From contig CM059432.1 of assembly GCA_030390025.1 (NCBI GenBank), positions 88,476,001 through 88,540,000 of the forward strand: a stretch of 64,000 bases of DNA, written 5' to 3'. Positions 47,853-60,668 of the stretch are shown here, piece after piece. Below the pieces are notes generated by a model. The model was not told the DNA's origin. It did not search any database and saw only the letters and a program-made list of their open reading frames with translations. A program made the position numbers and the translations under genes. The first letter of the stretch is position 1; each line of letters opens with the position of its first letter. The DNA is from Squalus acanthias (taxonomy: Eukaryota).

Positions 47853-49339
47853 GCTGCACAGGAGCTCCCACCAGAGATACAGCCAGCAGCAGCTACATGA
47901 CAGGAGTGACCTGTCGTGAGTCGAGAGACACCTCAGCCCCAAGATCCTTCAGTCAAGTATCGAGCCCACCATTTCCCACCTTGCTGGTACTGTGGGTACT
48001 GTCAGATGCAGCAGTAGAATATTTGTCAGAAAGGCACCAGGGGCTGTGCGGTGTCTCGAAAGAATAATGTGACTGGTTGCAACTGGCCATTGATCATGTA
48101 CAAAGTGCACTTACTTTGCTTGCTCCTATTCTTGGAGGCTGCTTTTTACATTGCCATAACTGCATGATAGTTGACTGTGCACTTTTTCTGTTCTGAGTTA
48201 CTGAACAAAGGCCTGTTTATCTTTGGCCATTTTTGTAATAAGGTTCAATGTCCACTATTACAGTTTTATGGGGCATGTTTTTTATCTTGCTGCTAATGTA
48301 TGTAGTTTGACAGTGCACGTATTCTGTTCTGAGTCATTGCTGCAGGCCTGTTTGTCTTTGGACATTTTTTTTATTAAGGTTCAATGTGCACGAATGCAAT
48401 TCTATGAAGAATGTTTATATCTTGCAATTAATGAATATAGTTTGCGTGCGCATGTATTCTGCTCTGTGTCACTAATGCAGTTCTGTGGAGGATGCTCTGG
48501 CTCTTGCAATTTCTGCTGTCAGGTTGAAAGTTCACTTATTGTGTGCCTTGTCATTAATAGAAGCCTGCTTACGCTCCATTTATTGTTGTATTAAAGTTGA
48601 ATTATCACTTTTATTCTCCAGTTTGTTAATCATTGAAATCATAGTCTATGAAAGGGTAAATTTTACACAGTTTATAAAGATTAGGAGCAGTAAAGAAAAT
48701 CTCAATTTCTACACATTTTCTTTTGTACTTATCTTTGCTTGTTTTCCTTAGTTTTTAACTGTTTTTTGACCAATGCTTAGGGCAGGAATTTCCTCATCAG
48801 TGGATTTACCGTCAGTAGTGTTCTTTAACCTGCTGGTATTATACTGCCGAAAACCAGCTCTATTTTCCTCAGTGCATCTTCATGACGGGCTTCAGGTTCT
48901 ATTAGTGCCTGCTGCAAGCAGTTTGTCTCTGACAGGGAGATTCAAGGTAGCCATTTTGTGCCTGTAACAATATGGCTCCTGTGATGTCTAAGGCTGGTGC
49001 TTCTTCAGGTGCCGAGTATCACAAATATAGAGAAACTTCATCTTAGGTGTTACTGTGTCTAATCCAGAAAAGGAGGTCCCAGCTTTATGGCCCCAAAGGG
49101 AGGAGGCCCTTATTGGCTTGATCTAGGCCGGTGGATGGATATAGTTTTGGCAGTGAATGCCACCTCACTCCCATTAAAGAATGCCTTCTGAAACCTAGGT
49201 TGCATTGCACACAGGTTGTCAGATTTGCTGTCAGTGAGATGATTTTGTCACTCATTCTGGATAGGTGCAGAATGATTTGGTGCAAGATGGGGAAATAGCT
49301 GCATGAAAAAGTAACAGAATGATCTCCGAGTGAATGCCT

Positions 49340-50040
49340 TTAACCCTGATTGTCTTTGGTCACTGCCACAAACTCCATTCCACATCCGCTGATTTCATCC
49401 CCCTCACTGGCCACTGTCTGAGTCTGAACCAGACTATTCACAAGGTGGCATCCCATTTGACCCTGAGCTGAGCTCCCTACCCCATATCCTCTCAGTCACC
49501 AAGACCGCCTACATTCACCTCCGTAATTTCACCCATTTCCACCCTGCCTTAGCCCATCTGCTGCTGAAACCCTCATCCATGCTTTTGTTACCTCCAGACA
49601 CGACTATTCCAATAGTTTCCTGGGCCCCAATCACCCATCACCCCTGTGCTCGCTGACCTACATTGGTGCCCAGTCCAGCAATGCCTCAATTTTAAAATTC
49701 TCATCCTGTGTTCAAATCCCTCCATGACCTCGCCCCTGCCTATCTCTGGAACCTCCTCCAGACCTACAACCCTCCAAGAATGCAACATTTCTCCAATTCT
49801 GGCCTCTTGTGCATCTCCGATTTCCTTTGTCCCTCCATTGGCAGCTGTGCCTTTAGCTGTCTAGGGCCGAAGCTCTAGAATTCCCTCCCGAAACCTCTCC
49901 GCCTCGCTACCTCTCTTTCCTCCTATAAACCCTACCTCTCTGACCTATCCTAATATCTCCTTATGTGGTTCGGTTTCAGATTTTGTCCGCTAAAGCTCCT
50001 GTGAAGTGCCTTGGGACGTTTTGCTCCGTTAAAGTTGTTG
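49340..50040 (+). mobile_element. L2 LINE 3' fragment
   Basis: AETLIHAFVTSR, LADLHWCPVQQCLNFKIL. Confidence 0.8.
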
Positions 50041-52569
50041 TTGGAAGTTGTGGAAGAGGAATCCATGTCAGCAAGCAACTGAGTGAGGTTTGTTGCCAAA
50101 AGAGATTATACTGGCAGGACTAGAATCACTACAAAAACAACAATAATAATACTTCAAGAATTCTTAATATACTTTAACAAACTTAAGGGGCCTTTAAAAA
50201 AAGAAATCCCACAGGGAATTAAAAAATTCTTTAAAATATAGTTGTAAAGATTATGAACTGGATTTTCCTGAATGTATGTCTACTATATGGGCAAGGAACT
50301 GCTATCCTACCAGGTCTGCCTAAAGACAGGAGTTAATGCAGAAGCAGAAGACCTTTGCCACCACCTTTGAGTGCCATGAGCAGCTGGCAGCAGCTGGCAG
50401 AGACTGTGAAGCAATACGTCTCTGAGCATATCGCAGCGTTGCAGGAGGCATTTACTGGAATGAAGCGTACCATGGAGTGAGTAGCAGCTTCACTATCACC
50501 TGCACAGGAACCTCAAAGAAGAGAGGATTCGAGCACAAACATTGCAACTGCTGCCATTGAGATCTTGGGCAGCCATTTACAGGAGCCTATCGCTACTGGA
50601 TTTAGAAGGAACAGCTGCAATCTGCCCCATCTGGCACTGCTCGGTCATTCCATTTACTGTGAAATGAAACCAAAGAAGATGGGTTTCCTCTGACATGCCC
50701 AGGTAGAAGTTGCATGGTTTGTAAACAGGTCTTTGGGTATTGTTAGGAGTGAATATACTGCCTGAGGTGTTGTTGATGTCCCCTCCTGAATTGATCCTCT
50801 TCAACCAATTCTTGCAAAACGATTCCCATCCTTCTTTCATTGATAGCTGCAACTTTTGTAGTGCAGCAGCAATTGCAAAGAATGCAGCTAAGTTTTAGCT
50901 AGCAAACTGACGGCTTTAAAAAAGCAGAATCACACAGGGAAAACACAATATGCAAGATGTTCAATGCATAAGTAGGCAAATGCTCCCAGCTACAATGTTC
51001 ACTGAAACTGCTTTAACAACAATTTCAAAGCAGGCCACGTCCATTTAGCAGTCATGCACCATTTTGTATTGTCGAGGTACACTCAGGAAGGTGCAGTCTC
51101 ACCCAAAATCATGAAATTCAGCATGGGACCTGATTTAGATAAATATTTCACTTGCAGGCGGTTCAAGCATGCTTGCACGCAGCCTTCTTTAGCCGCCAGA
51201 TGCCGTGCACATTGATTTGAGCACAGAGGGCAGAGACCCAATTCTCTAGCCCATGGCTGCCACCAGCAAGCCGCTGTGCTGTTGGTGAAATATGTTTACT
51301 GGTTCAAAAGAAACTCAAATTCCCTTTTCATTTTTTCAATGTAACTTAACGTATATGAAATCTAAGCCCCAGTTTTAACTCGGGGTGTGCCATGGGGGTG
51401 GGGGAAGGGAAGGGGAGAGGGGCATGGTGAGCAACAAGTTTAGGGAGAGAGCGGGCGATTTTAACCCCCCGGGCCTCATCATCGCGTTTGAAATTGGACT
51501 CCTGCTCGAAGCCGGCGGGAATGATGCAATGGCCGGCAGGCAGGAGCAGGAAATTGCACAACATCAGGCCACTGCCAGCGACCCACTTTTTTGAAGTATA
51601 GTAGGTATAGAATATAATTACAATTAAGCAATAAGTGTAAAGATACTTTTCATATTGAACAAAAGGCAATGCACAAAATACCTTTTACGTGCAGATTTTC
51701 CCCAGTTGAGCTCCACTCTTAGCCATGTCTTCACTGAGGGAGGAAAACTGAGAGGGGTTGTCACTGTGAACTACTTCTGCACATTTCATAGTGGCCAGCT
51801 TCAGGGGAGCATTGACAGAGACCTCACAGCTGGCCTCCTGGGCATACTCTTAGACAGGGATGGTATGTGGATGCAGGAAGACCCAAGAAAGGAAACATTA
51901 GGAAATATTAAAATGTACAGTAGTGATGCACAATGTCTTTAACGTTGGGGATACAGACCGATCATTCTCAGTGTGCTGAAGGTCAAATCGATCTGCTCAG
52001 TGTCAGTAATGTCCTCAAATTGCACAGGATGCCTCTGTTCCCTGGAACAGTACATAGGTTATGGTGAACACATAGTGCATGAACAACCAAAACTTACTGT
52101 GTGACACATGGGTTGAACTTTTCATTTCCTCCCTGGCCTATGGGGAGATCTTGCAAGCTTGCTCTGGTGAATAATGATACATCTCAGACCAGATGAAACA
52201 TTTTGCTTTTGCTCAAGGGACCAGTACTTGGCTAGCTCTTGTCTATAATTAAAAAAAAGTGCACTGAGGGCTGGATGTTGCCTGCAGGCCTTCTGCTGCT
52301 CGACACAGTGTAGAATCCAAGGTTTAAACTTTACCAAGTTTTGCCTTTGCAGCTTTGAAGCCTTTAAAAAAAAAAAGAATTTATTTATGGCATACTGTTT
52401 GGTTTTGCATTACTGGGAACTGTGAAAAATATTACTAATCTCTCTCCATGTGGTTAGAGCATTACTTGCCATGTTTTGAGCCTTCCTTCCACTTATCTGA
52501 CAGTTATGAGTGCAACGATTAGTTTGCGTGTGAATAAAGATGAACATGCTTGCAGCCTGACTAGAAAAC

Positions 52570-53620
52570 ATTAGCTTGCAGGAATTGCATTAACAGAAAT
52601 ATTTGGTGTGAATGACAAGCATTTAAAATTGCGACAGCGTACCCGTGATTGGTCTGACTCACTTTGTGTATACACCAAGAGGCAGACAACTCTGCCACCT
52701 TCCTTCTATCCACTGACCCTACTAAACACGATGCTGCTCGTGGTAGGGACACAGCGACTTCTCCAAATGTTGATATTACTTAACACCTTTCCGTGGGCCT
52801 CTCCATGATTGCTAGAACTGTGCTGACGATTAAAGGTGTACCAGTGAATATAATGATTGATTCTGGATGCCCAATAAACATTATTGATGAGTGCAGCTTT
52901 ACAGAAATTGAGTGGAATGTTAGCTCAAAGCTGCAACTCCAGCAATGCTCAGTGAGGCTGTTTCCTTGTGGTTCCGACACACATCTGTCAGAGCTCACTA
53001 AGTTTATGGGAACAATAAAGGTATAAAAAAAAATGTCACAACTGGTGAAGTATGCATTTTGCAGGCAATGCTGGCTCTCTTTTAAGCCCGCAGGCAGCGC
53101 AAGAGTTGCAGTTCCTGAAGATGAGTGATGAAGTAAATAAATTGAAGGAAAGCAGTGTTGCTGATGTAGTATGCAATAGATTTCCAAATATCTCCAAAGG
53201 CATCAACAAGCTAAATAGTGTGCAAATGAAACTACACTTAGCTGAATTCATGTCATCAGATGTGCAGGGACATAAAAAGATCTCCGCTTCCACTAAATAA
53301 ATCTGAGAAGTTAAATGAGTGAACAGAAACAAAATATAATTGAAGATACAGATGTTCCTACTCATTGGGTCTCCCCCAAAGCTAGAAATGATGCTGTCTG
53401 ATTATGTGTGGATATGTGTGGTGCAAACAAAATAATCAAATGAGAGCAGCATAGCACACCAACACTGAATGAAATCATCTTAGAACTAAATGCATGTATT
53501 CTTCAAGTTATATTCGAAATCAGCCCAGAAAGTCATCATATTATGCGATTCCCCACTCATATTGGTCTCAAATAACACAGAAGATTGAACTTTGCATTCT
53601 CATCTGCAGTCGAGATATAT
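52570..53620 (+). mobile_element. Highly degenerate Ty3/Gypsy LTR retrotransposon relic (protease and RT start)
   Basis: VPVNIMIDSGCPINII (aspartic protease); WVSP...LCVDMCGANKIIK...TPTLNEII (Gypsy RT domain start). No LTRs found. Confidence 0.65.
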
Positions 53621-54462
53621 TCAGCTCCATTTATAATGGATGTGGATATAGTGGACTGCCAATGTCAATGAACAAAACATCAAAATTCAAAACATGCCCA
53701 TAAGCCAAAAAATAGTGTTAGTAATATTGATGTATACATGTTTAATGGGCTTGTATGATAGTTCCATATCCACCATTTTAACAGAGGTGCTACCCTGACC
53801 CCCATTATTTTTGCGCCATTCTTAAATTAACAGACAGATGATTGTGATACAAATTTGTTAATGTGCATAGGCATAGGCAATGTTAATATTGCAATTGTTT
53901 CTAAGCTATAGAGTTCAATAGTTAATTTATTGGTTACATCAGTGCTAATGCTAATTTAATTAGATGAATAATGGGCAATTTTGCAAGGCTTTGCTCCTGG
54001 CGTGAAGCCTCGCAAGATGGAAGCAGAATGCACAGATAGCATTATATCTCTGCTCCACACTCCGATCTGGCAAGGCTCCCTGCAGGATGTGGAACCTCTC
54101 AAAATTAACCCTTCAGTGTCCATTGGAAGCAGCTGATTTGGTTTAAGATTATATATTTTATAGGATTATAAGACTTTCAGCATTTGCACCAAAAGAATAA
54201 GATTTAGCTACAGCACGGCCATTTGTCAAAATATTGGTAAGCCACAGCTAATCCACCTGGTACACAATTTAGAGAAACAGTCCGGAAGTTACTCCATCTC
54301 AAAGTGCCACTGAAATGAAAAGTTAATGAGGATGGTCATGCACAGTTTACACTTTATCCCTAACCTTGCTATAATCACAGAAACACTGTAAAAAAATATT
54401 GGTCTAGAAATTGTTTATGACCACAAAACGGGCAGTGTTAAGGCCCAACGATGTTAAGCTGC

Positions 54463-54568
54463 AATAAGAACAGAAAATGCTGGAAATACTCAGCAGGTCA
54501 GGCAGCATCTGTGGAGAGAGAAACAGAGTTAACGTTTCAGGTTGATGACCCTTCATCAGAACTCGTCA
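54463..54568 (-). mobile_element. Short Penelope-like repeat with 13-bp TSD
   Basis: GATGTTAAGCTGC is duplicated at 54450-54462 and 54569-54581; same family as 57270-57480 and 58350-60031. Confidence 0.75.
54526..54564 (-). ncRNA. Minimal type I hammerhead ribozyme motif
   Basis: Minus strand GAGTT-CTGATGA-AGG(GTCATCAA)CCT-GAAA-CG-TT-AACTC: helix I GAGTT/AACTC, conserved core, helix II, and palindromic ACGT in place of helix III. Confidence 0.75.
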
Positions 54569-56469
54569 GATGTTAAGCTGCGCCAGGTCAAAGTGGTCTA
54601 GGTAGCACGCAAAATTCGTGTTCAGTCCTCATTAACATGATTGTAGTCTTGATTTCAGTGCTAAAATCGCTGATCATTGGCTTACCGCTAATAGGTGGGC
54701 CAATATCGGGTCCAGTCTAATTCCCAGTCATGTATGGCACAGGCTTCATTCGGTACTTAAAGGGGAGGTGCATTGATGCTGCAGCACCTCATTGTCAAAC
54801 CACTCACAACTTTAGCTGGAAGAAGGCGGCAGTGCAAACTCATGGCGGACCCTCAGCACAGGGAGAGAGCTCGCAGATTCTCCAACGTGGCTCTTGAGGC
54901 ACTGGTCATGGCCGTGGAGAGGAGGCGGGCTATCTTCTTCCCACACACTGGCAGGAAGCCCTTGCCACACACTTCTCACAGGCTCTGGCAGGAGATAGCT
55001 GCCTATGTGATGGCCAGCACTGTGGTCCACAGGTCAGTCATCCAGTGCCGATAGAAGTTTAGTGACCTCACACACAGGTCAAGGTGAGTGAAGGCTTCAG
55101 CAAATGCCATATTCCACCATCTGCACCACAAGCCTCACACACTGCTCAATGCACCACACCCCCAACAAGCTCTACCTATCACCACTCAGACCTCACAATC
55201 ATAGCTTCACTTCACCCTCACAACTGTACCACTGCTGCAACACTCACACCCACATCTCACACCTTGCACACACTGACAGCTATTCAACCATGGCAGGCAC
55301 ATCACCCAAACACATTGCTCCAATCTCACTCACACACTTCCCTTTCTCTTGCAGGCCAAGGTCACGCATAATCGGAGGGAGCACTGGCAGACAGGCGGGG
55401 GCAAGCTGCCATCCAGGACCTCAGCCAGCTGGAGGAGAGAGTGCTGGAGATCATTGGACGGCAGATAATAGAGGCCGGGGCAACCGCTGAGGTTGAACCC
55501 CTTGGGGACAACAACGGTATGCTCATTCCTAATCCTTCTTCTCACATCCCACTTCCCCCTCATCCCACAATCTCTTCTCACTTTCAAGCTGTTGATGCTG
55601 TACGCATGCATATCTTGCTTCCCCCCCTCCCCTCACCATAACCCAACTCTTGTGCCTTTCTGCTTTCAGCTAATCAAGACCAAGCACCAGCGCAGCCTGT
55701 CCCCGAGACGATGGTGGAGAGCGAGGGGGGAATGAAGAAGAAGACACAGCATCACTGCATCTGTCACTCGCAGACACCAGCTCAGAAACTGGCACTGCGT
55801 GTATTTTAGAGGCTCGTGTAGAAGCAGGATCGGCACAGGTTCAGGCACTGGGCATGAGTGGGCTGCAGCAAGGCAGGGGGAAAGGGTAGCTCGGGGGCCA
55901 GCTCCCCGGAGGGCGAGTTCGCGCATGAGTTCTGCTGCACAGGACTCAGATGAGGACCTCGATGGGGCGACCTTCAGAAGAAGGGTGATGGGCATGCACA
56001 CCGAATTGCTAGGTGCAATGACAAACCTGCCAGAGAGCCTCTTGGCAAGGTCAAGGAGCATGGAGGAATCCACCTCCAACATTACACAGCGCTTTGCGCA
56101 GAGCTTGGAGCCCAGAATCTCCAGGTTGGAAATGATGGAAAACTCCCGAAGAGATCGTATCGACCCAGACATGATGCTGCGTGTGATGGACGATGGCACG
56201 ACTGCCATTGCAGCACAGGCGGAAGGGACCTAACGTCTTAATGCTGCAGCAGAAGCGCAGACCGTTCTCATGAATTCTCAGCTTGAAGCCACCAAAGCTC
56301 AGACCGCTGTCATGTAATCTCAGCTTTGTGCCACCCAAGCTCAGACTGCTCTCAGCTTGATGCCACCCAAAATGGCAGATCGGGCATCAGGTGAGCATTG
56401 CACAGTCACTGACATCACGATCTGCATAATCTATCTATCCCGAGCGAGCGTGGACATCAGCATTCAGGA

Positions 56470-57000
56470 TCATCCTGGAATGCAAAGATAACTCCGGCTT
56501 CTCTTCTCACTACAAATCATCTTCTTAAACCCCTCTCCCTCGCGTCTTCCACCCTCACCTCCAAAACAAGTGCAAAAAGCTCAGGGACTTCTTTGTCACT
56601 AAGATTGCGACTATCTGTTCAGCTGCCTCTGCCGCTTCCCTCCCTTCCCCTAGCCCACCAAGCCAAACTTCCCCTACGTTTCCCCCCTGCTCTAGCCCTG
56701 AACTTGCACCTTGCTCTAGTTTCTCGCCTATCTTCCCTCATGCTCTCTCTGAGCTCATCTTGTCTATGAGACCCACCTCCTGTTCCCTCTACCCTATTCC
56801 CAGCAAACTGCTGACCACCCAACATCTCTTCCTGGCCCCCATATTAGCTCATGTTGTTAACAAAATTTGAGGCCGGCCAGGAGAGCATTGACATAATCAA
56901 GTCTAGAGGTAACAAAGGCATGGGATTCAGCAGCAGATGAGCTGAGGCACGTGCGGAGATGGGTGTTGTTGCGGAGGTGGAAGTAGGTGGCCTTGGTAAT
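56470..57000. mobile_element. L2 LINE fragments in both orientations
   Basis: Plus-strand L2-like pyrimidine-rich segment, then a minus-strand PLDLIMSMLSWPA (frameshifted TSRLDY..LLAG) segment. Confidence 0.6.
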
Positions 57001-57269
57001 TTAAGTGGGCAAAAAAATTGGATGGGCTCCAGTATGGATGTGCGATCCTCACTGCCCAGTGATCCTCTATCCATGCCAATCAGGTGATTATTTACACGTT
57101 CGGGCTATTCTTGAGTTGCCAACTTTATGGGGGCTTTGCCAGCGTTAAGTTTTTGAAGCAATTGGGCAGTTTTTGGTAGTTTCCTAGCTTGGTATGTACG
57201 TAAATGTCCCTTCTCAACTGGTCCCTTCAAGTTGCCAGCAGGTCTTAACACACCACCTACTATTGCATA

Positions 57270-57485
57270 GCTTAAAAAAAAACAGAAAATGAAAGAAATG
57301 CACAGCAGGTTTGTTAGCATCAGAAAACAGAAAAGGCAGGTTAGACTTTCAGTTCTGATGAATGGTCTGCACTCAAAACGTTAACTTACCATTTTACTTT
57401 CCTGATGCTGACAGATCTGCAGTGTATTGTCAGCATTTTCTGTTTTTATTTCAGATTCCCAGCATTTACAGCATTTTTTTCCTTT
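57270..57485. repeat. Palindromic Penelope-like repeat with degenerate hammerhead (57351-57386, +)
   Basis: Inverted arms ACAGAAAATG...CATTTTCTGT; AGTT-CTGATGA...AAAACGTT-AACT with the core G lost. Confidence 0.6.
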
Positions 57486-58044
57486 CTTAAAAAAGATTTG
57501 TCAATCCCACTTGCTGCTTTCTACAATTTTGATTTTTTATTGCCACTCCTGATCTCGGCTGTAGCTTACTGGGGACTAGCCAAGTGTAGAGCAGACATTT
57601 CCTCATAGGGAGGGAAAGTTGGAAAAGAGCCGTTCTAAGCTGTTGTTTGCACCTTTCTGCAGTCAAGATTGCCATTAGAAAATCCTGGGAAGGCTACACA
57701 AGATGTCTTCGCAGCCAAAGTTGGTTCATGGTCCAAGGAGCCCAGAAAAATAATTTGAGATAATCTATCCTCGCATGAGATGAAAACGGTAAATATATGG
57801 GATAGTTCCCTTCCAATAAATGCCATTTAATATTATAACATTGTTATGTTCACTTTTTCTTAACTTTAAACCATGGGCTTAAAATGATGCCATGAGTTAC
57901 TGGTGTATGAACACTCAATGGGCGTAACGTCACCTCACCACTTGGGCAGTAAACTGATGGAGCAGATTGCCTGCTCGTTGTTGAACCCGCTCGGATTTCA
58001 CTTCCATTGTCGGCAAGTCTCTGTTCCCTTGACCAAGTGGCCAT

Positions 58045-58349
58045 TCTTCCTGTCTAAGCCTAGACCATGAGCGTTGAGAGACTAATCTGACCACACGGAC
58101 ATCGTCACATGCAAACTTACTCCTGCTCACAGCCGATGTCCACACATGTATACTTTCCACCAGAGGTCACTTGGTAGTGATCAGGAGGAGGAAACCTGGC
58201 TGATTTTTCTCCTCTCCATTTTATAGGTACTGAGGCCAACTGTAGCGTCCCCACTGCTGCCCTTGCTGAAATCAGCTAACTCACCACAGGTAAAGGATTG
58301 AATCTGGGACCTTCTTGACCTGTACCACACCAAACAGTATATTTACCCA
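58045..58349 (-). mobile_element. Old tRNA-derived SINE; its head continues at 60047
   Basis: Reverse complement shows GGTCCCAGATTCAATCC (B-box-like) and GAGTTAGCTGATTTCAG; interrupted with a 15-bp duplication. Confidence 0.5.
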
Positions 58350-60031
58350 CTAATACAAAAGCAAAATACTGCAGATGCTGGAAATCTGAAATAAAAACAG
58401 AAAATGCTGGAAATACTCAGCAGGTCAGGCAGCATCTGTGGAGAGAGTTAACGGCCGCGATTTTCTGATTGGAGGCGGGTTGGCATCGGGACTGGTAGTC
58501 GGTGGATTCCGGTCCCACTGCCAGCTCCAGCCTGTCTGCTGACACAATTTTTGGTTAATTCTAGTTAAGCCAGCCATGTGGGTTACCCACCCTGATCACA
58601 AGGTGCGGGTCTGTTCAGCTGATATGCTGACGCGTTTGCATTTGTGTATTTAAGGGGGCCATTTCACAATTAGATCTCAGGTCGTTTCTGCTGCTTCGGA
58701 CTGCTGCTTCTCACCACGATGTCTGCAGAGAAACAAAAGGCAGCTCCCTGCTTCAACGAAGACTCCCTCCATGTTCTTGTGGAGGGAGTCAGAGGACGTC
58801 GGGAGGTCCTATACCCAGCTGATGGAAGAAGGAAACCTCCTCAGCAGACAAAGGCAGCCTGGCTGTGAATAGCTGAGGAGATCAATGCCAGGTCTATGTA
58901 CAGACGCACCTGGGTCCAATGCAGGAAAAGGTTCAATGATCTCCTGCACTCTGAAAAAGTGAGTATAAAAGCACAGTTACCTTAATTGTGCTGTGCCTGT
59001 CATCACATCCCCATCATTCTGCATTGGTAACACTACTCCTGCACATCCTAACTCAACCCAACATCCCTTGCACCAATCCCCATCCCTCTCTCCCAAGGCA
59101 CAGAGTCACTTCCCCATCTTACTATGCACCCCTCACACTCACCCTCAAGGTTATGCACTGACAACAACTTACAACTCAAAAGCAGGGAACTTCGTAATGG
59201 GAACCCACTCCTTCACAGTCTCCCTCTAAACATCTATCCTATCCATTCTTTACACACATTCTATCACTCTCACTGAAACTCTACTTCTTTCCCTCATTGC
59301 AGGAGAAGAGAGGCCACAATAAGGGGGAGAGGGAGAGAACAGGAGGAGGACCACCATCGTTCTCACAGTTCACCCACGCTGAGGAGGCCGCTCTGGGCAT
59401 TGTGGGATCAGTGGAACAGGTCGAAGTGGGGGACGGAGAGATGGACTCAGTGAACAACCTGGTGACAGAATGCTTCTCCATCCATCTTATTTGACATTCA
59501 TAAGTAACACATATGGGATCTGATGTCAATAGAAATTGAATGCTCATCATGTGCACAATGGGATGTGTCTGCAATCTACATATCACATGTCTAACTCATG
59601 TCTTTACTCTCCCACAGGACCATCAAGCACCCCCCTCCCTACTGTCCAGGAGGAAGAGCAGGAGGACTCCTCAGAGGAAGCAGCATCAGCACAAATGAGT
59701 GCTGGGTTCCCATTACCAAGTTCCCTCCTTTTGAGTTGTTGTCATTGCATAACCTTGAGGCTGGGTGTGAGGGGGGGGCATAGTAAGATGGGGAAGTGAT
59801 TCTGTACATAGGGAGAGAGGGATGGGGGATGGGCGGGTAACCCGCACAGCGGGCTTAACTAGCCCAATTAACAGAAAATTGTGTCAGCAGACTGGCTGGA
59901 GCTGGGAGCGGGACCAGAACCCGCCGACTACCAGTCCCACTGCCAACCCGCCTCCACTTGGAAAATCCAGCCCGTTAACTCTGTTTCTCTCTCCACAGAT
60001 GCTGCCTGACCTGCTAAGTATTTCCAGCATT
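58350..60031. mobile_element. Palindromic Penelope-like insertion whose centre is replaced by a Harbinger derivative
   Basis: 15-bp TSD CAGTATATTTACCCA (58335-58349, 60032-60046); inverted arms 58350-58452 and 59974-60031. Confidence 0.8.
58453..59973. mobile_element. Harbinger derivative with Myb/SANT exons (58719-58958, 59303-59461, 59618-59696) and two Myb-side termini
   Basis: WVQCRKRFNDLL; ~140-bp inverted termini, both resembling the Myb-side end of 7300-11200. Confidence 0.8.
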
Positions 60032-60668
60032 CAGTATATTTACCCAATTGGCCATCGCTACTTCTATTGCAAAATTAGCATTGTTGGAAATTTATCCATT
60101 TTCACAAACTCAGTCTGTTATAAATAATTTCTTGAATCAAAGGGCTGAATTTTTACTTTGAACAGTGTGTGAGTTTGCGAGTGGGTGGGCAGTTAAAAGC
60201 ACTGAAATTGACAGCGCGTCGGGAAGCCGGCTTCAACCCACCGGCCTCCACCTTTAACCCGGTTAGTCAGCGTACAAGAGACCCCCTTGGGAGAGGTGGG
60301 TGAGCTAATTAAAGCACTTTAGAAATCATTAAGAGGCTATTAACAGCCTTTTTAACCTGATTTTTCAGCTTTTACTGTCTGTCCACGGGATTTCCGGGCT
60401 TGCTGAACCTTGCCAGTGAAAGCAAGGCGAGGGCAGAGTGGTCATTGTGGGAGTTGAACAATTAACAGTTTAAAAAAATCACATAAATATTCACACCTCA
60501 CCCCTGCTTCCTTGCCCAAGCACCATTTGTGCTGAGAGTTTGCTCTCAGGAGTTTGCAGGTGATTCCTACAACTTCGGAGGTCACTCGCACTATATTAGA
60601 AGTCACTCTCACTACATTGGAGGATTGTGCCTCTGATCTCCACTTTACCTGGCATCTATCAGATCAGC

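Larger units (their letters stand above)
54401..56370 (+). mobile_element. Harbinger element fragment with three-exon Myb/SANT gene (54842-55083, 55355-55516, 55670-~56360)
   Basis: MADPQHRERARRFSNVALEALV...WQEIAA. Introns are clearly homologous to those of the 20498 copy. Confidence 0.8.
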
